DNA of 60,844 bases from an uncultured Gordonia sp. (GTDB lineage Bacteria > Actinomycetota > Actinomycetes > Mycobacteriales > Mycobacteriaceae), in NCBI GenBank assembly GCA_964513715.1, contig CAZEOP010000001.1, forward strand, positions 1-60,844, read 5' to 3'. This document shows positions 51,185 to 60,168 of this stretch, in pieces (position 1 is the stretch's first letter; each line of letters starts with the position of its first letter). Made by a program: the position numbers and the translations under genes. Below the pieces are notes generated by a model. The model was not told where the DNA came from and ran no database searches. It saw nothing but the letters and a program-made list of their open reading frames with translations.

Positions 51185-52537
51185 CTACTCCGGATCGGCG
51201 AGGAAGTCTTCGATGGAGATCTTCTGGCGCAACTCTTCGCGGGCCGTCCGGCGGGGGCGATCACCCGGCTTCCGGGGCGGAATCACCTGGGGCTGGGCGC
51301 GGCGAGCCGGCGACCCCGGCGGAGTGTTCGCGGGCGGAGTGTTCTTCGCGGATGAGGTGTTCGAGGGTGGGGTGCTCGCGGGCAGGGCCGTCGTCGCCGG
51401 GCCGGTGACCTCGATCGGCGGCAGATCGCCGACCGGAATGGGTGTGGACCGCTCGACGTAGCGAGGCTCGTCCACCGGGGCGGTGCGCGGCGGCACCTGC
51501 TGTTGCGGCGCGGCCTGCGGCTCGGGTGCCGGTGCCGGTGCGGACGGGCGGGAGGGCGCGGCGGTGCGGGGTGCCTCGGCGGCCGCCGGACGAGTCGGCG
51601 GCGCCGTGCGCGGAGCGGCGGGCGCCCCCGGGTCCGCGGGTGCGGGATGGGTGGGCTGTTGCTGGGCGGCCGGGTTCTGGGCCGCTGGGTTCTGGTCAGC
51701 CGAGTTCTGGACGGGAGGCCGCTGCGCTGCGGAGTCCTGGGCGGCTGGATTCTGGGCAGTTGGATTCTGGGCGGCAGGCTTCTGGGCCGGCGGCTCACCG
51801 GGGGCGGACGACCGCTTGCGGCGCTTGCGCGGTGCGGCCGGCGCGTGCTCGGCGGAGTCGGTCGCCGGGGCTGGGCGCGCGGCCTTGCCGTTCTTGCGTC
51901 GCGGCTCCTCGCCCGGACGTGTGTCCCCGGCTTCCGGGCGGACGGGTTTGCGGTCCGGGTGCGCGGTTTCGTCGCCCGGGCGTCCCGCGGCACCGTTCGA
52001 GCGCTTGGCGCCCGCGGGGACCGGCCGACGGATTCCGGCCGAGTCGTGGCGTCCGTCGCTGCCTCCGCGCCGGGCCTCGGCCGCGGCGACCGCCCGCGTC
52101 GAGTAGTAGCGGAAGGCCACCACCGCGAGAGTCAGCACGAATGCGGTGAGGATCCACGGAAACAGGTTCGAGAACGGCAGCGCGATGTTCAGCACCATCC
52201 GGCGCATGCCCTGCGGTCGACCCGAACCGCTGCGGGCGAGGGTGGCGAAGTACAGCGAGGCCATGCCGACGCCGAGCGTCACCAGCGGAGGCTGGACGGC
52301 GGCGGTGAAGAGGGCGCGCCGGCGCACCGCGAGCGCGGCCACCACGCAGCCCAGGACGAACAGCAGGTTGTAGATCAGGCCGAGGGAGGCGTTCAGCGAC
52401 AGATCGATCAGGGCGCCGAGGGCGGTGAAACCGACGGCGACGAGCACCGCGCCCCACCAGGGCACCCCGGGTACGGAAGGCAGCACGCTGCGCATGCCGA
52501 CGGGCACGGGGGTGCTCTGGGAGAAACGGGAAGCCAC
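51185..52537 (-). CDS. DUF6542-like membrane protein with a long low-complexity C-terminus
   Basis: GVPWWGAV, ALAVRRRALFTAAVQPPL; QNPAA repeats. Confidence 0.75.
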   Translation of the reverse strand: MASRFSQSTPVPVGMRSVLPSVPGVPWWGAVLVAVGFTALGALIDLSLNASLGLIYNLLFVLGCVVAALAVRRRALFTAAVQPPLVTLGVGMASLYFATLARSGSGRPQGMRRMVLNIALPFSNLFPWILTAFVLTLAVVAFRYYSTRAVAAAEARRGGSDGRHDSAGIRRPVPAGAKRSNGAAGRPGDETAHPDRKPVRPEAGDTRPGEEPRRKNGKAARPAPATDSAEHAPAAPRKRRKRSSAPGEPPAQKPAAQNPTAQNPAAQDSAAQRPPVQNSADQNPAAQNPAAQQQPTHPAPADPGAPAAPRTAPPTRPAAAEAPRTAAPSRPSAPAPAPEPQAAPQQQVPPRTAPVDEPRYVERSTPIPVGDLPPIEVTGPATTALPASTPPSNTSSAKNTPPANTPPGSPARRAQPQVIPPRKPGDRPRRTAREELRQKISIEDFLADPE

Positions 52538-52600
52538 GGGTCAACGGTACCGGGTGCGCGCGGGCGTGCCACGCAGCCGGGCCGTGGCCCCGGGAGATTT

Positions 52601-53695
52601 TCAGGTGGCCGGTGAACTGGATCGCACCGGCGTGTCAACGGTGGGCAGGCGTGCTCGCTCAGCGGGGTCGCCGCCGGTGACGTCGCCCAGGGCTTCCAGT
52701 TCGGCCAGGCGGCGGGCGGTGACCGTGAGCCGCGAGTCGACGGCGCCGATCGTGGCGTTGTAGCTCTCGACGGCCTTGCGCAGCGCGCCGCCGGTCTTCT
52801 CCAAGTGGCCGAGTACGCCGTCGAGACGCTGGTAGAGCTGGCGGCCGAGCGCGTGGATGGTGGCGGCGTCCTCGGCGAGCGCGTGCTGGCGCCAGCCGAG
52901 GGCCACGGTGCGCAGCAGCGCGATCAGGGTGCTCGGCGTCGCGAGCACCACGTTGCGGCCGAAGGCGTAGTCGAGCAGCGCCGGATCGACGCGGGTCGCG
53001 GTCTCCAGGGCGCCGTCGCCCGGCAGGAAGAGCACGACGAACTCGGGCGAGCCCGGCAGGGCCGCCCAGTAGCTCTTGGCCGAGAGGGCCTGGACATGCG
53101 CGCGCACCGCGCGGGCGTGGGCGACGGCCGCCTCGGTGGGTTCGGGGGCGCCGGCGGCCTCCAGGTAGGCCGTCAGTGGGACCTTCGCGTCGACCACGAT
53201 GTTGCGCCCACCGGCCAGATGCACCACCAGGTCGGGGCGGGCGCGGCGCTCCCGATCGCCGTCGGCGGGCAGGTGCTGCTGCGTGGTGAAGTCGCAATGC
53301 CGTGACATCCCGGACAGTTCGACGATTCGCTCCAACTGCACCTCGCCCCACCGTCCGCGCACCTGCGTGGTGTGCAGCGCGCCGGCGAGCCGACTGGTCT
53401 GCTCCTGCAGCCGGTACGACGCCTGCGTCATCCCGCGGACCTGTTCGGACAGCCCGGCGAAGGCGTGGATGCGCCCGCGCTCGGAGGCCTGCAACTCGGT
53501 CGAGAGCTGGTGCAGGGTGGCTCGCAGCGGTTCGACGATGTCGTTCACCTCGTCGCCCAACAGCAGCGACTGCTCCCGCGCCGCGTCGGCCGTGGCGGCC
53601 CCGACCGCACCGGCGGCGCTGCGGTGCGCGAACCAGCCGACGACCGCCCCGAGGATGAGGCAGACGAGCGCGGTGATGGCCAGGGATGCGGTCAT
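52601..53695 (-). CDS. rmuC: DNA recombination protein RmuC
   Basis: RGRWGEVQLERIVE, RPDLVVHL, VVDAKVP, FVVLFLP, ATPSTLIALLRTV. Confidence 0.93.
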   Translation of the reverse strand: MTASLAITALVCLILGAVVGWFAHRSAAGAVGAATADAAREQSLLLGDEVNDIVEPLRATLHQLSTELQASERGRIHAFAGLSEQVRGMTQASYRLQEQTSRLAGALHTTQVRGRWGEVQLERIVELSGMSRHCDFTTQQHLPADGDRERRARPDLVVHLAGGRNIVVDAKVPLTAYLEAAGAPEPTEAAVAHARAVRAHVQALSAKSYWAALPGSPEFVVLFLPGDGALETATRVDPALLDYAFGRNVVLATPSTLIALLRTVALGWRQHALAEDAATIHALGRQLYQRLDGVLGHLEKTGGALRKAVESYNATIGAVDSRLTVTARRLAELEALGDVTGGDPAERARLPTVDTPVRSSSPAT

Positions 53696-53701
53696 GTCCA
53701 G

Positions 53702-53723
53702 ATCATGCACCCGACCTCGGACA
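53702..53723 (-). promoter_or_regulatory. PafBC/RecA-NDp-like promoter of rmuC
   Basis: TGTCCG-N10-CATGAT-6 nt-ATG on the minus strand. Confidence 0.5.
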
Positions 53724-53750
53724 TCGGCGGGCCGGCCGGCCCTCGCCGGA

Positions 53751-54368
53751 TCAGGCGCGAGCCTCCCGGGCCAGCAGCGACCGCTTCACGTCCAGCCCGT
53801 ACCGGAAGCCGCCGAGGCTGCCGTCGGTGCGGATCACCCGGTGGCAGGGGACGAACAGCGCGGCGGCATTCTTGGCGCAGCACATGGCGGCGGCCCGGAC
53901 GGCCTCGCCGTTGCCGGAGCGGGACGCAAGTTCGCGATAGCTGACCGGCGGCCCGGCCGGCACCTCCCGCAGCGCCGCCCAGGCGCCGCGCAGGAACGGG
54001 CCGGAATGCTGGCGCACCGCGATCCGGGCTGGGGCGTCGAGGTCGCCCGCGTAGTAGTCGTGCACGGCGGCAGCGACGGCGCCGCCGTCGCGCTCGACGA
54101 GTCGCCGGGGCCGCAGCGACGAGTGGATCAGCGCGCACAGATAGTCGGGATCGTCGGTCCAGCCGGACGCGTAGACCACGCCGGCGTCGTCGAACAGCGC
54201 GGTGAACGGGCCGTCGGGGGTGTCGACGGTGCTCCAGCCGAGGCTCTCCGGCGCGGAGGTGTCCGTGGTGTCTGGGGCAGTGGAGTCCGGGGCAGCGGTG
54301 TCTGGGGCAGGGGCGGTCGGTGCGGCGGTGGTCGGGGTGGTGGAAGCGTTCCGGGTCGGGGAGGTCAT
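53751..54368 (-). CDS. ogt: Methylated-DNA--protein-cysteine methyltransferase
   Basis: SYRELA, VRAAA, VPCHRVI, LGGF; ATGA-coupled to alkA. Confidence 0.92.
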   Translation of the reverse strand: MTSPTRNASTTPTTAAPTAPAPDTAAPDSTAPDTTDTSAPESLGWSTVDTPDGPFTALFDDAGVVYASGWTDDPDYLCALIHSSLRPRRLVERDGGAVAAAVHDYYAGDLDAPARIAVRQHSGPFLRGAWAALREVPAGPPVSYRELASRSGNGEAVRAAAMCCAKNAAALFVPCHRVIRTDGSLGGFRYGLDVKRSLLAREARA

Positions 54369-55948
54369 GCGATTCCTTCTGTCGGCCGCAGGGGCGTCGG
54401 TGGCGCGGACTGGGGGTGCGGGAGATGGGGTACGGGAGAGTGGGGCGCCGCGGCCGACTCGGGGCCGAGCAGGCGGTAGCGCCAGAGATGCATCGCCGCG
54501 TAGCTGCGCCACGGGCGCCAGCGGTCGGTGGTCGACGGATCGATGCGCAGATCCGCCGAGCCGCGGTCCATCACCAGATCGCCGCGCGGCAGCACATCGG
54601 GGTCGCCGGTCACTCGCATGGCCGTCAGATCGGCGGTCCACGGACCCACGCCCGGTAGGGCGAGCAGTTCGTCGCGCAGGGCGTCCGTCTCCGCGCCCGG
54701 GTGCAGGTGTAGGCGGCCGTCGGCGACCGCGGCGGCTGCTCCGGACACGGCCAGTGCCTGTCGGCGGGGTCCGCGGAGGGCGGCGCCGCCGTCGTCGGCC
54801 AGTCGCTGCGCAGTGGGGAACAGCAGTGCGGGCACGTCGGGGCGGGCCGGATCGTGCCAGGGGGCGCGCTCGCCGAGTTCGGCGACCAGCCGACCCAGCC
54901 GGGTGCGCGCGGCGGCGACGCTGATCTGCTGACCGGCCATCACCCGCACGAGGGTCTCGACGCCGTCGACGCTGCCCGGAAGCCGGATGCCGGGCGCCGC
55001 CGCGACGAGGGGTGCCAGCCGTGGATCGGCGCCCAGGACGGCGTCTACGGCGCGCGGGTCGGCGTCCAGATCGGCCAGGCGGCGCAGCCGGTTCACCGCG
55101 ACCGGCAGATCGCGCAGGTCGAGGTGCTCGAAGCGGGCCACCGCGTGGTCCGGGTGCAGGGTCAGTGAGACCAGTGCCGGGGCGTGCGGCAACGACAGGG
55201 TGCGGTGGAAGGCGGTGCCGTCCCAGTGCTCCAGACCGGGCGCCGCGTGCGCCGCCAGGCCCCGCACCGTCCAGGCGACGTCGTACGGGGTGCGCAGCGG
55301 CAGCTTCAGGGTCAGTGGACCGGTCGTCGCCGCGGCCGAGCGCTGCCGTCGTCCGCTCCCGGCGCCGCGCAGTTGCGTCGGCGTCATGCCGTACGCGGCA
55401 CGAACGGTGTCGTTGAACTGCCGGATGCTGGTGAATCCGGCGGCGAAGGCGACGTCGCCCATCGACATGGCGGTGCCGGTCAGCAGCGTGCGTGCGGTGG
55501 CGGTGCGATGCGCGCGGGCCAGGGCCAGCGGGCCGGCGCCGAGTTCGGCCGAGAGCACCCGGTTCAGGTGGCGCGGGGTGTAGCCGAGCGCGGCGGCCAG
55601 CCCGTCGACGCCGGACCGGTCCACCACGCCGTCGGCGATCAACCGCATGGCCCGCGCGGCCAGATCCGCGCCGAGGTTCCAGCGCGGGGATCCGGGTGCG
55701 GCGTCGGGCAGGCAGCGCCGGCAGGCGCGGAAACCGCGGGCCACCGCGGCGGCGGCGGTCGGCACGAAGGCGACGTTCTCCGCGTGCGGGGTGCGCGCCG
55801 GGCACGACGGCCGGCAGTAGATCCCGGTCGAGACCACCGTGACGAAGAACTGGCCGTCGAACCGGGAATCCCGGGCCGCCAGCGCGCGGTAGCAGCGCTC
55901 GAAGTCGAGGGCGGCATCGCGGTGCGACGGGGCGGCGGGAAGGGGCAC
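54365..55948 (-). CDS. alkA: Ada Zn-binding/AraC-AlkA DNA-3-methyladenine glycosylase fusion
   Basis: STGIYCRPSCPA, GFRACRRC, AGFTSIRQFN, GQQISV, LPGVGPWTAD, WRPWRSYA. Confidence 0.95.
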   Translation of the reverse strand: MPLPAAPSHRDAALDFERCYRALAARDSRFDGQFFVTVVSTGIYCRPSCPARTPHAENVAFVPTAAAAVARGFRACRRCLPDAAPGSPRWNLGADLAARAMRLIADGVVDRSGVDGLAAALGYTPRHLNRVLSAELGAGPLALARAHRTATARTLLTGTAMSMGDVAFAAGFTSIRQFNDTVRAAYGMTPTQLRGAGSGRRQRSAAATTGPLTLKLPLRTPYDVAWTVRGLAAHAAPGLEHWDGTAFHRTLSLPHAPALVSLTLHPDHAVARFEHLDLRDLPVAVNRLRRLADLDADPRAVDAVLGADPRLAPLVAAAPGIRLPGSVDGVETLVRVMAGQQISVAAARTRLGRLVAELGERAPWHDPARPDVPALLFPTAQRLADDGGAALRGPRRQALAVSGAAAAVADGRLHLHPGAETDALRDELLALPGVGPWTADLTAMRVTGDPDVLPRGDLVMDRGSADLRIDPSTTDRWRPWRSYAAMHLWRYRLLGPESAAAPHSPVPHLPHPQSAPPTPLRPTEGIA

Positions 55949-56076
55949 GACATCGAGTGTGGCACCGGTGCCCGGCGCCGGGCTAGCGGCTTTCGGACAC
56001 GGCGGTGGATCCGCCTGGACCGGCGCGTTCCGGGTGGCGCCGGGCGCTCGCGGCCCACTTGTGTGACGATCTACCG

Positions 56077-57396
56077 GTGAGCAACGACGACGATGTGCGC
56101 GACCTCAGCGGAGTCACCGACGCCGACGCGGAACTGATCGAGGAGGCCGGGCGGCAGGCGGCCGCCGAGCCCGACGATCTGGCGGCCGTCACCGAGCGGG
56201 TGATGACCGATCCGCGGACGGGCAAGCCGTACCCCAGCCGGGCCCGCGTTTTCCGCACCGGGCTGCGGTCGTCGGCCATGTTCGCGATCCAGGTGATCGC
56301 GGTGCTGGCCTTCCTGTGGGTGCTGCTCTGGATCCTCGGGAAGCTGTGGGTGGTGGTGCTGCCGGTGCTGCTGGCGATCATCATCGCCACGGTGCTGTGG
56401 CCGCCGGTGCGCTGGCTGCGCGCACACGGGGTGCCCGCCGCCCTGGCCTCGTTCATCGCGATGATCGCCACCATCGGCATCGTCGCCGCGGTGCTCGGGC
56501 TGATCGTGCCGTCGGTGATCGATCAGGCGCCGCAGCTGGCCGATCAGGCCATCAAGGGCGTCAAGCAGGTGCAGACCTGGATCCAGGGGCCGCCGCTGAA
56601 CATCGACGACCAGCAGATGTCGGGGATGGTCAACACGATCGTCGAGAAGCTGGAGAAGAGTGCCGCGTCCATCGCGTCGGGCGTCTTCAGCGGCGTCGGC
56701 GCGGCCACCTCGGCGCTGATGACCGGCTTCACCGCACTGGTGCTGGTGTTCTTCTTCCTCAAGGACGGCAGCAAATTCCTGCCGTGGCTGGACCGCACCG
56801 TCGGGCGGCCGAGCGGCTCGCACATCGCCGAGGTGCTGATGCGCATGTGGAACACGCTCGGTGGCTTCATCCGCACGCAGGCCATCGTGAGTGCCGTCGA
56901 CGCGGCCCTGATCGGTCTGGGCCTGGTGATCCTCGGCGTCCCGCTGGCCGGGGTGCTGGTGGTGATCACCTTCCTGGGTGGCTTCGTGCCGATCGTCGGT
57001 GCCTTCGTCGCCGGTGCGCTGGCCGTCCTCGTCGCCCTGGTGATGAACGATCTGACCACCGCGCTGATCGTGCTCGGCATCATCCTGCTGGTGCAGCAGT
57101 TGGAGGGGAACGTGCTCTCGCCGTGGCTGCAGTCGAAGGCGATGGAATTGCACGCGGCCATCGTGCTGCTGGCGGTGATGCTTGGTGGCACCATGTTCGG
57201 CATCGTCGGCGCCTTCCTGGCCGTGCCAGCGGCGTCGTGCCTGGCGGTGCTGCTGCGGTATGTGCTGGAACAGATCGGGATGGCCGCCGGCGAACAGATA
57301 CAACGAGAGGACGCCGAGGCCGAGGCTGCGGCGAAGGCGGGCTTCTTGTCCCGGCTGCGCGGCGGTCCACCTCAGGGGGCTCCGCCGGTCGAGTGA
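56077..57396 (+). CDS. AI-2E (PerM) family transporter
   Basis: FFFLKDG, FVPIVGA, QQLEGNVLSP, GAFLAVP. Confidence 0.92.
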   Translation: MSNDDDVRDLSGVTDADAELIEEAGRQAAAEPDDLAAVTERVMTDPRTGKPYPSRARVFRTGLRSSAMFAIQVIAVLAFLWVLLWILGKLWVVVLPVLLAIIIATVLWPPVRWLRAHGVPAALASFIAMIATIGIVAAVLGLIVPSVIDQAPQLADQAIKGVKQVQTWIQGPPLNIDDQQMSGMVNTIVEKLEKSAASIASGVFSGVGAATSALMTGFTALVLVFFFLKDGSKFLPWLDRTVGRPSGSHIAEVLMRMWNTLGGFIRTQAIVSAVDAALIGLGLVILGVPLAGVLVVITFLGGFVPIVGAFVAGALAVLVALVMNDLTTALIVLGIILLVQQLEGNVLSPWLQSKAMELHAAIVLLAVMLGGTMFGIVGAFLAVPAASCLAVLLRYVLEQIGMAAGEQIQREDAEAEAAAKAGFLSRLRGGPPQGAPPVE

Positions 57397-57418
57397 CCGG
57401 CAGATAGACTCGACACCC

Positions 57419-58498
57419 GTGAGTCTCACCCTCGGAATCGTCGGACTGCCCAACGTCGGCAAGTCCACCCTGTTCAATGCGCTGACCCGCAACGATGTGC
57501 TGGCGGCGAACTACCCGTTCGCCACCATCGAGCCCAACATCGGCGTGGTGGAGCTGCCCGACACCCGGCTCAACCGGCTGGCCGAGATCTTCGGCAGCGA
57601 GCGGATCCTGCCGGCCGTCGTGTCGTTCGTCGACATCGCCGGCATCGTCAAGGGTGCGTCGGTGGGCGAGGGCATGGGCAACCAGTTCCTGGCCAACATC
57701 CGTGAGGCCGACGCGATCTGCCAGGTGGTTCGCGTCTTCGCCGACGACGACGTGGTGCATGTGGACGGCCGCGTCGATCCGCTGGCCGACATCGAGGTGA
57801 TCGAGACCGAGCTGATCCTGGCCGACATGCAGACGCTGGAGAAGGCCCTGCCGCGGCTGGAGAAGGACGCCAAGAAGAACAAGGATCTGGTCGAGACGCT
57901 CGACGCCGCGCGCAAGGCGCAGGAGATCCTCGACTCGGGCAAGACGCTGTTCTCGGCCAAGGATGAGTTCGACCTGTCGAGCGTGCGCGAGCTGCACCTG
58001 CTGACCGCCAAGCCCTTCCTGTACGTCTTCAACGCCGACGAGGGCGTGCTGACCGACGATGCGCGCAAGCAGCAGCTGCGCGAGGCCATCGCGCCCGCCG
58101 ACTGTGTCTTCCTCGACGCCAAGGTGGAGAGCGAGCTGCTGGAACTGGACGAGGACGACGCGCAGGAACTGCTCGACTCCATCGGTCAGGACGAGCCCGG
58201 CCTGCGTCAGCTGGCGCGCGCGGGCTTCCACACCCTCGGCCTGCAGACCTACCTGACCGCGGGCCCCAAGGAGGCGCGCGCGTGGACCATCCACCGCGGC
58301 GACACCGCCCCCAAGGCCGCCGGTGTGATTCACACCGACTTCGAGAAGGGCTTCATCAAGGCCGAGATCGTTTCCTTCGACGATCTCGACGCCGCCGGCT
58401 CGATGGCCGACGCCAAGGCCGCCGGCAAGGTGCGCATGGAGGGCAAGGACTACGTCATGGTCGACGGCGATGTCGTGGAGTTCCGGTTCAACGTCTAG
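57419..58498 (+). CDS. ychF: Redox-regulated ATPase YchF
   Basis: GIVGLPNVGKSTLFN, NYPFATIEPN, DIAG, IHTDF, C-terminus DGDVVEFRFNV; TAGACT -10. Confidence 0.98.
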   Translation: MSLTLGIVGLPNVGKSTLFNALTRNDVLAANYPFATIEPNIGVVELPDTRLNRLAEIFGSERILPAVVSFVDIAGIVKGASVGEGMGNQFLANIREADAICQVVRVFADDDVVHVDGRVDPLADIEVIETELILADMQTLEKALPRLEKDAKKNKDLVETLDAARKAQEILDSGKTLFSAKDEFDLSSVRELHLLTAKPFLYVFNADEGVLTDDARKQQLREAIAPADCVFLDAKVESELLELDEDDAQELLDSIGQDEPGLRQLARAGFHTLGLQTYLTAGPKEARAWTIHRGDTAPKAAGVIHTDFEKGFIKAEIVSFDDLDAAGSMADAKAAGKVRMEGKDYVMVDGDVVEFRFNV

Positions 58499-58510
58499 CG
58501 GCGCGAAGAA

Positions 58511-59302
58511 GTGATCTCAAAGAAGGATGCTGAGGCAGCGCTCTCGCGGTTCGAGTTTAAGGATCTGACCGACCCTGACCCCCGTGCTTGGACCGACCTC
58601 CCCGAAGTGCAGGTTGCAATCGATGCCGCTCAGTCATCAGCGGAGTCCGCGATCGCGATGGCCTACACGATGAATACCCTTCGCAAGACTGCGGAGGGCA
58701 AGGAAGTGCGTGGAAAGTTCACCTCCGAAGCGGTTGACTGCCTTCGTTCGGCATTGCTCTTTTCCGGGGCGGGGCTCGACACTGCGCTCAAGCGGCTTGC
58801 CGCCGAATCGCTACCCCTGCTCGTCACGTCAGATGAAGTCGTATCCAAGAAGCTCCGCGAGTTCGCTGAAACCCAGATTGCCGACGATGCTGGCGGCGTT
58901 CGTGCAAAGGACCTTGTGCGAGTTCTCCTGGGAGAGGGCACAAGTCCGCGAGACGTCATGGTACGGCGATGGGTATACGCGCTGGAGTCCAATAGCGCGC
59001 AGTCCGCAGATCGCGTCACTGAGTTCGCAAGTGCGCTCGGCGTCGTTGAGAGCAATCTGCGGAAGCGGATCGCGTCGACGAAGGCGCGATCCAGCTTGCT
59101 TGAAACAGCGTTCAACGCTCGGAACGAGATCGCGCACGAATTGGACGTCACCAGGCCCGCAGAGGCAGCTAGGCAAAAGCTGGAGAGCATTCGTCGGTAC
59201 CGAAACGTCGACGACATCGTTGCCTGGTGCTGTGAACTGCTCGATGTAACTCAGTGTCTCGTGAACGATGTCGTTCGGAGAATCCCTAGTGAGATGGAGT
59301 GA
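58511..59302 (+). CDS. HEPN-like protein (RxxxxH motif), candidate RNase/defence effector
   Basis: DCLRSALLFSGAGLD helix and ARNEIAHELD (RNxIAH); atypical low-GC codons. Confidence 0.7.
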   Translation: MISKKDAEAALSRFEFKDLTDPDPRAWTDLPEVQVAIDAAQSSAESAIAMAYTMNTLRKTAEGKEVRGKFTSEAVDCLRSALLFSGAGLDTALKRLAAESLPLLVTSDEVVSKKLREFAETQIADDAGGVRAKDLVRVLLGEGTSPRDVMVRRWVYALESNSAQSADRVTEFASALGVVESNLRKRIASTKARSSLLETAFNARNEIAHELDVTRPAEAARQKLESIRRYRNVDDIVAWCCELLDVTQCLVNDVVRRIPSEME

Positions 59303-59306
59303 TTCA

Positions 59307-59324
59307 GACGTGGTCGAGTTCCGC
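59307..59324 (+). repeat. ychF 3'-end copy 2 (att-like), encodes DVVEFR
   Basis: GACGTGGTCGAGTTCCGC vs ychF GATGTCGTGGAGTTCCGG; 14/18 identical, all differences synonymous. Confidence 0.7.
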
Positions 59325-59377
59325 AGCGGAATAGCCTCTGGTGGAAAGAAGTGATTCTCAGCTGATGGGCGTGCGCT

Positions 59378-60001
59378 TCAGCTCTCTCGGCGGCGCGCGG
59401 CCGGGCTGGTTGGTGCTGTCGATGTGACCGACGGTTCAAGGTCGCCTTTCGCGCGGGTCAGATCCCGACCCCGGAGTTCGATCTGTCGCGGTGCCATGAT
59501 CCCCACGTCGCCATCGACGCCAAGATCAGCTCGGGCCGCTCTATAGAAGGCGTCTCTAGCATGTCCGCAGGTTGCGTAGAGGTCTTCGAAACTGGGTGAG
59601 TTGGCAGGCAGGTCGCCCCGGATTGCTTTGCGGAGCTCCCAGACGCTCTTGTGCCAGGCTCGTGAGGCTGTGACTACGTCGGAGTGGCCAACCAGGAGGA
59701 TGGATTCAAACTTGCTGGAACGGTCAGTCTTCGTGGCGGCTAGCTCCTGACGCCCAATCTCTGGATCTAGAGAATCGCCAGTCGGACCTAGCCCTAGGTG
59801 AACAGCCATCCGCCGGCATAGGATTGTCTCCTCCTTTAGGGAGCGCGCGAATGATGAGTAGGCGTCGCGGCGGAGCTCCGCGGTTCTGGCAGCCTCGCTA
59901 CGCTGCCATTTCAGCGATTCCTGTCGAGCGCCGAAGAGGTATGCAAGCGCTGCACCGACGACTACACCGACCAGCGGTAGGATGAGTGCGACAGTATCCA
60001 C
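59378..60001 (-). CDS. Hypothetical protein with N-terminal TM anchor
   Basis: LILPLVGVVVGAALAYLFG followed by a helical domain; own TAAGAT -10 six nt before GTG. Confidence 0.75.
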   Translation of the reverse strand: MDTVALILPLVGVVVGAALAYLFGARQESLKWQRSEAARTAELRRDAYSSFARSLKEETILCRRMAVHLGLGPTGDSLDPEIGRQELAATKTDRSSKFESILLVGHSDVVTASRAWHKSVWELRKAIRGDLPANSPSFEDLYATCGHARDAFYRAARADLGVDGDVGIMAPRQIELRGRDLTRAKGDLEPSVTSTAPTSPAARRRES

Positions 60002-60085
60002 GACTACATCTTAGAGTCGGCCTGAGCGCAATGAAGTCGCTCTCGGGGTTGGCCTACAGATGTGGGTTGTCGCATACCCCACAAC

Positions 60086-60112
60086 GTTGTGGAATTCCGG
60101 TTTAACGTCTGA
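60086..60112 (+). repeat. ychF 3'-end copy 3 (att-like), encodes VVEFRFNV*
   Basis: GTTGTGGAATTCCGGTTTAACGTCTGA vs GTCGTGGAGTTCCGGTTCAACGTCTAG; 22/27 identical, only synonymous or stop-to-stop changes. Confidence 0.88.
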
Positions 60113-60168
60113 TATCGGCCTGAGTGCCTAACAGGCGGGCGACTGCGTGGCTGGCGAAAGTAGATTGC

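Noticed and set aside
53751-55805. 684-aa ORF suggesting an extended Ogt
   Set aside because: An off-frame overlap with alkA; Ogt starts at the ATGA overlap at 54368
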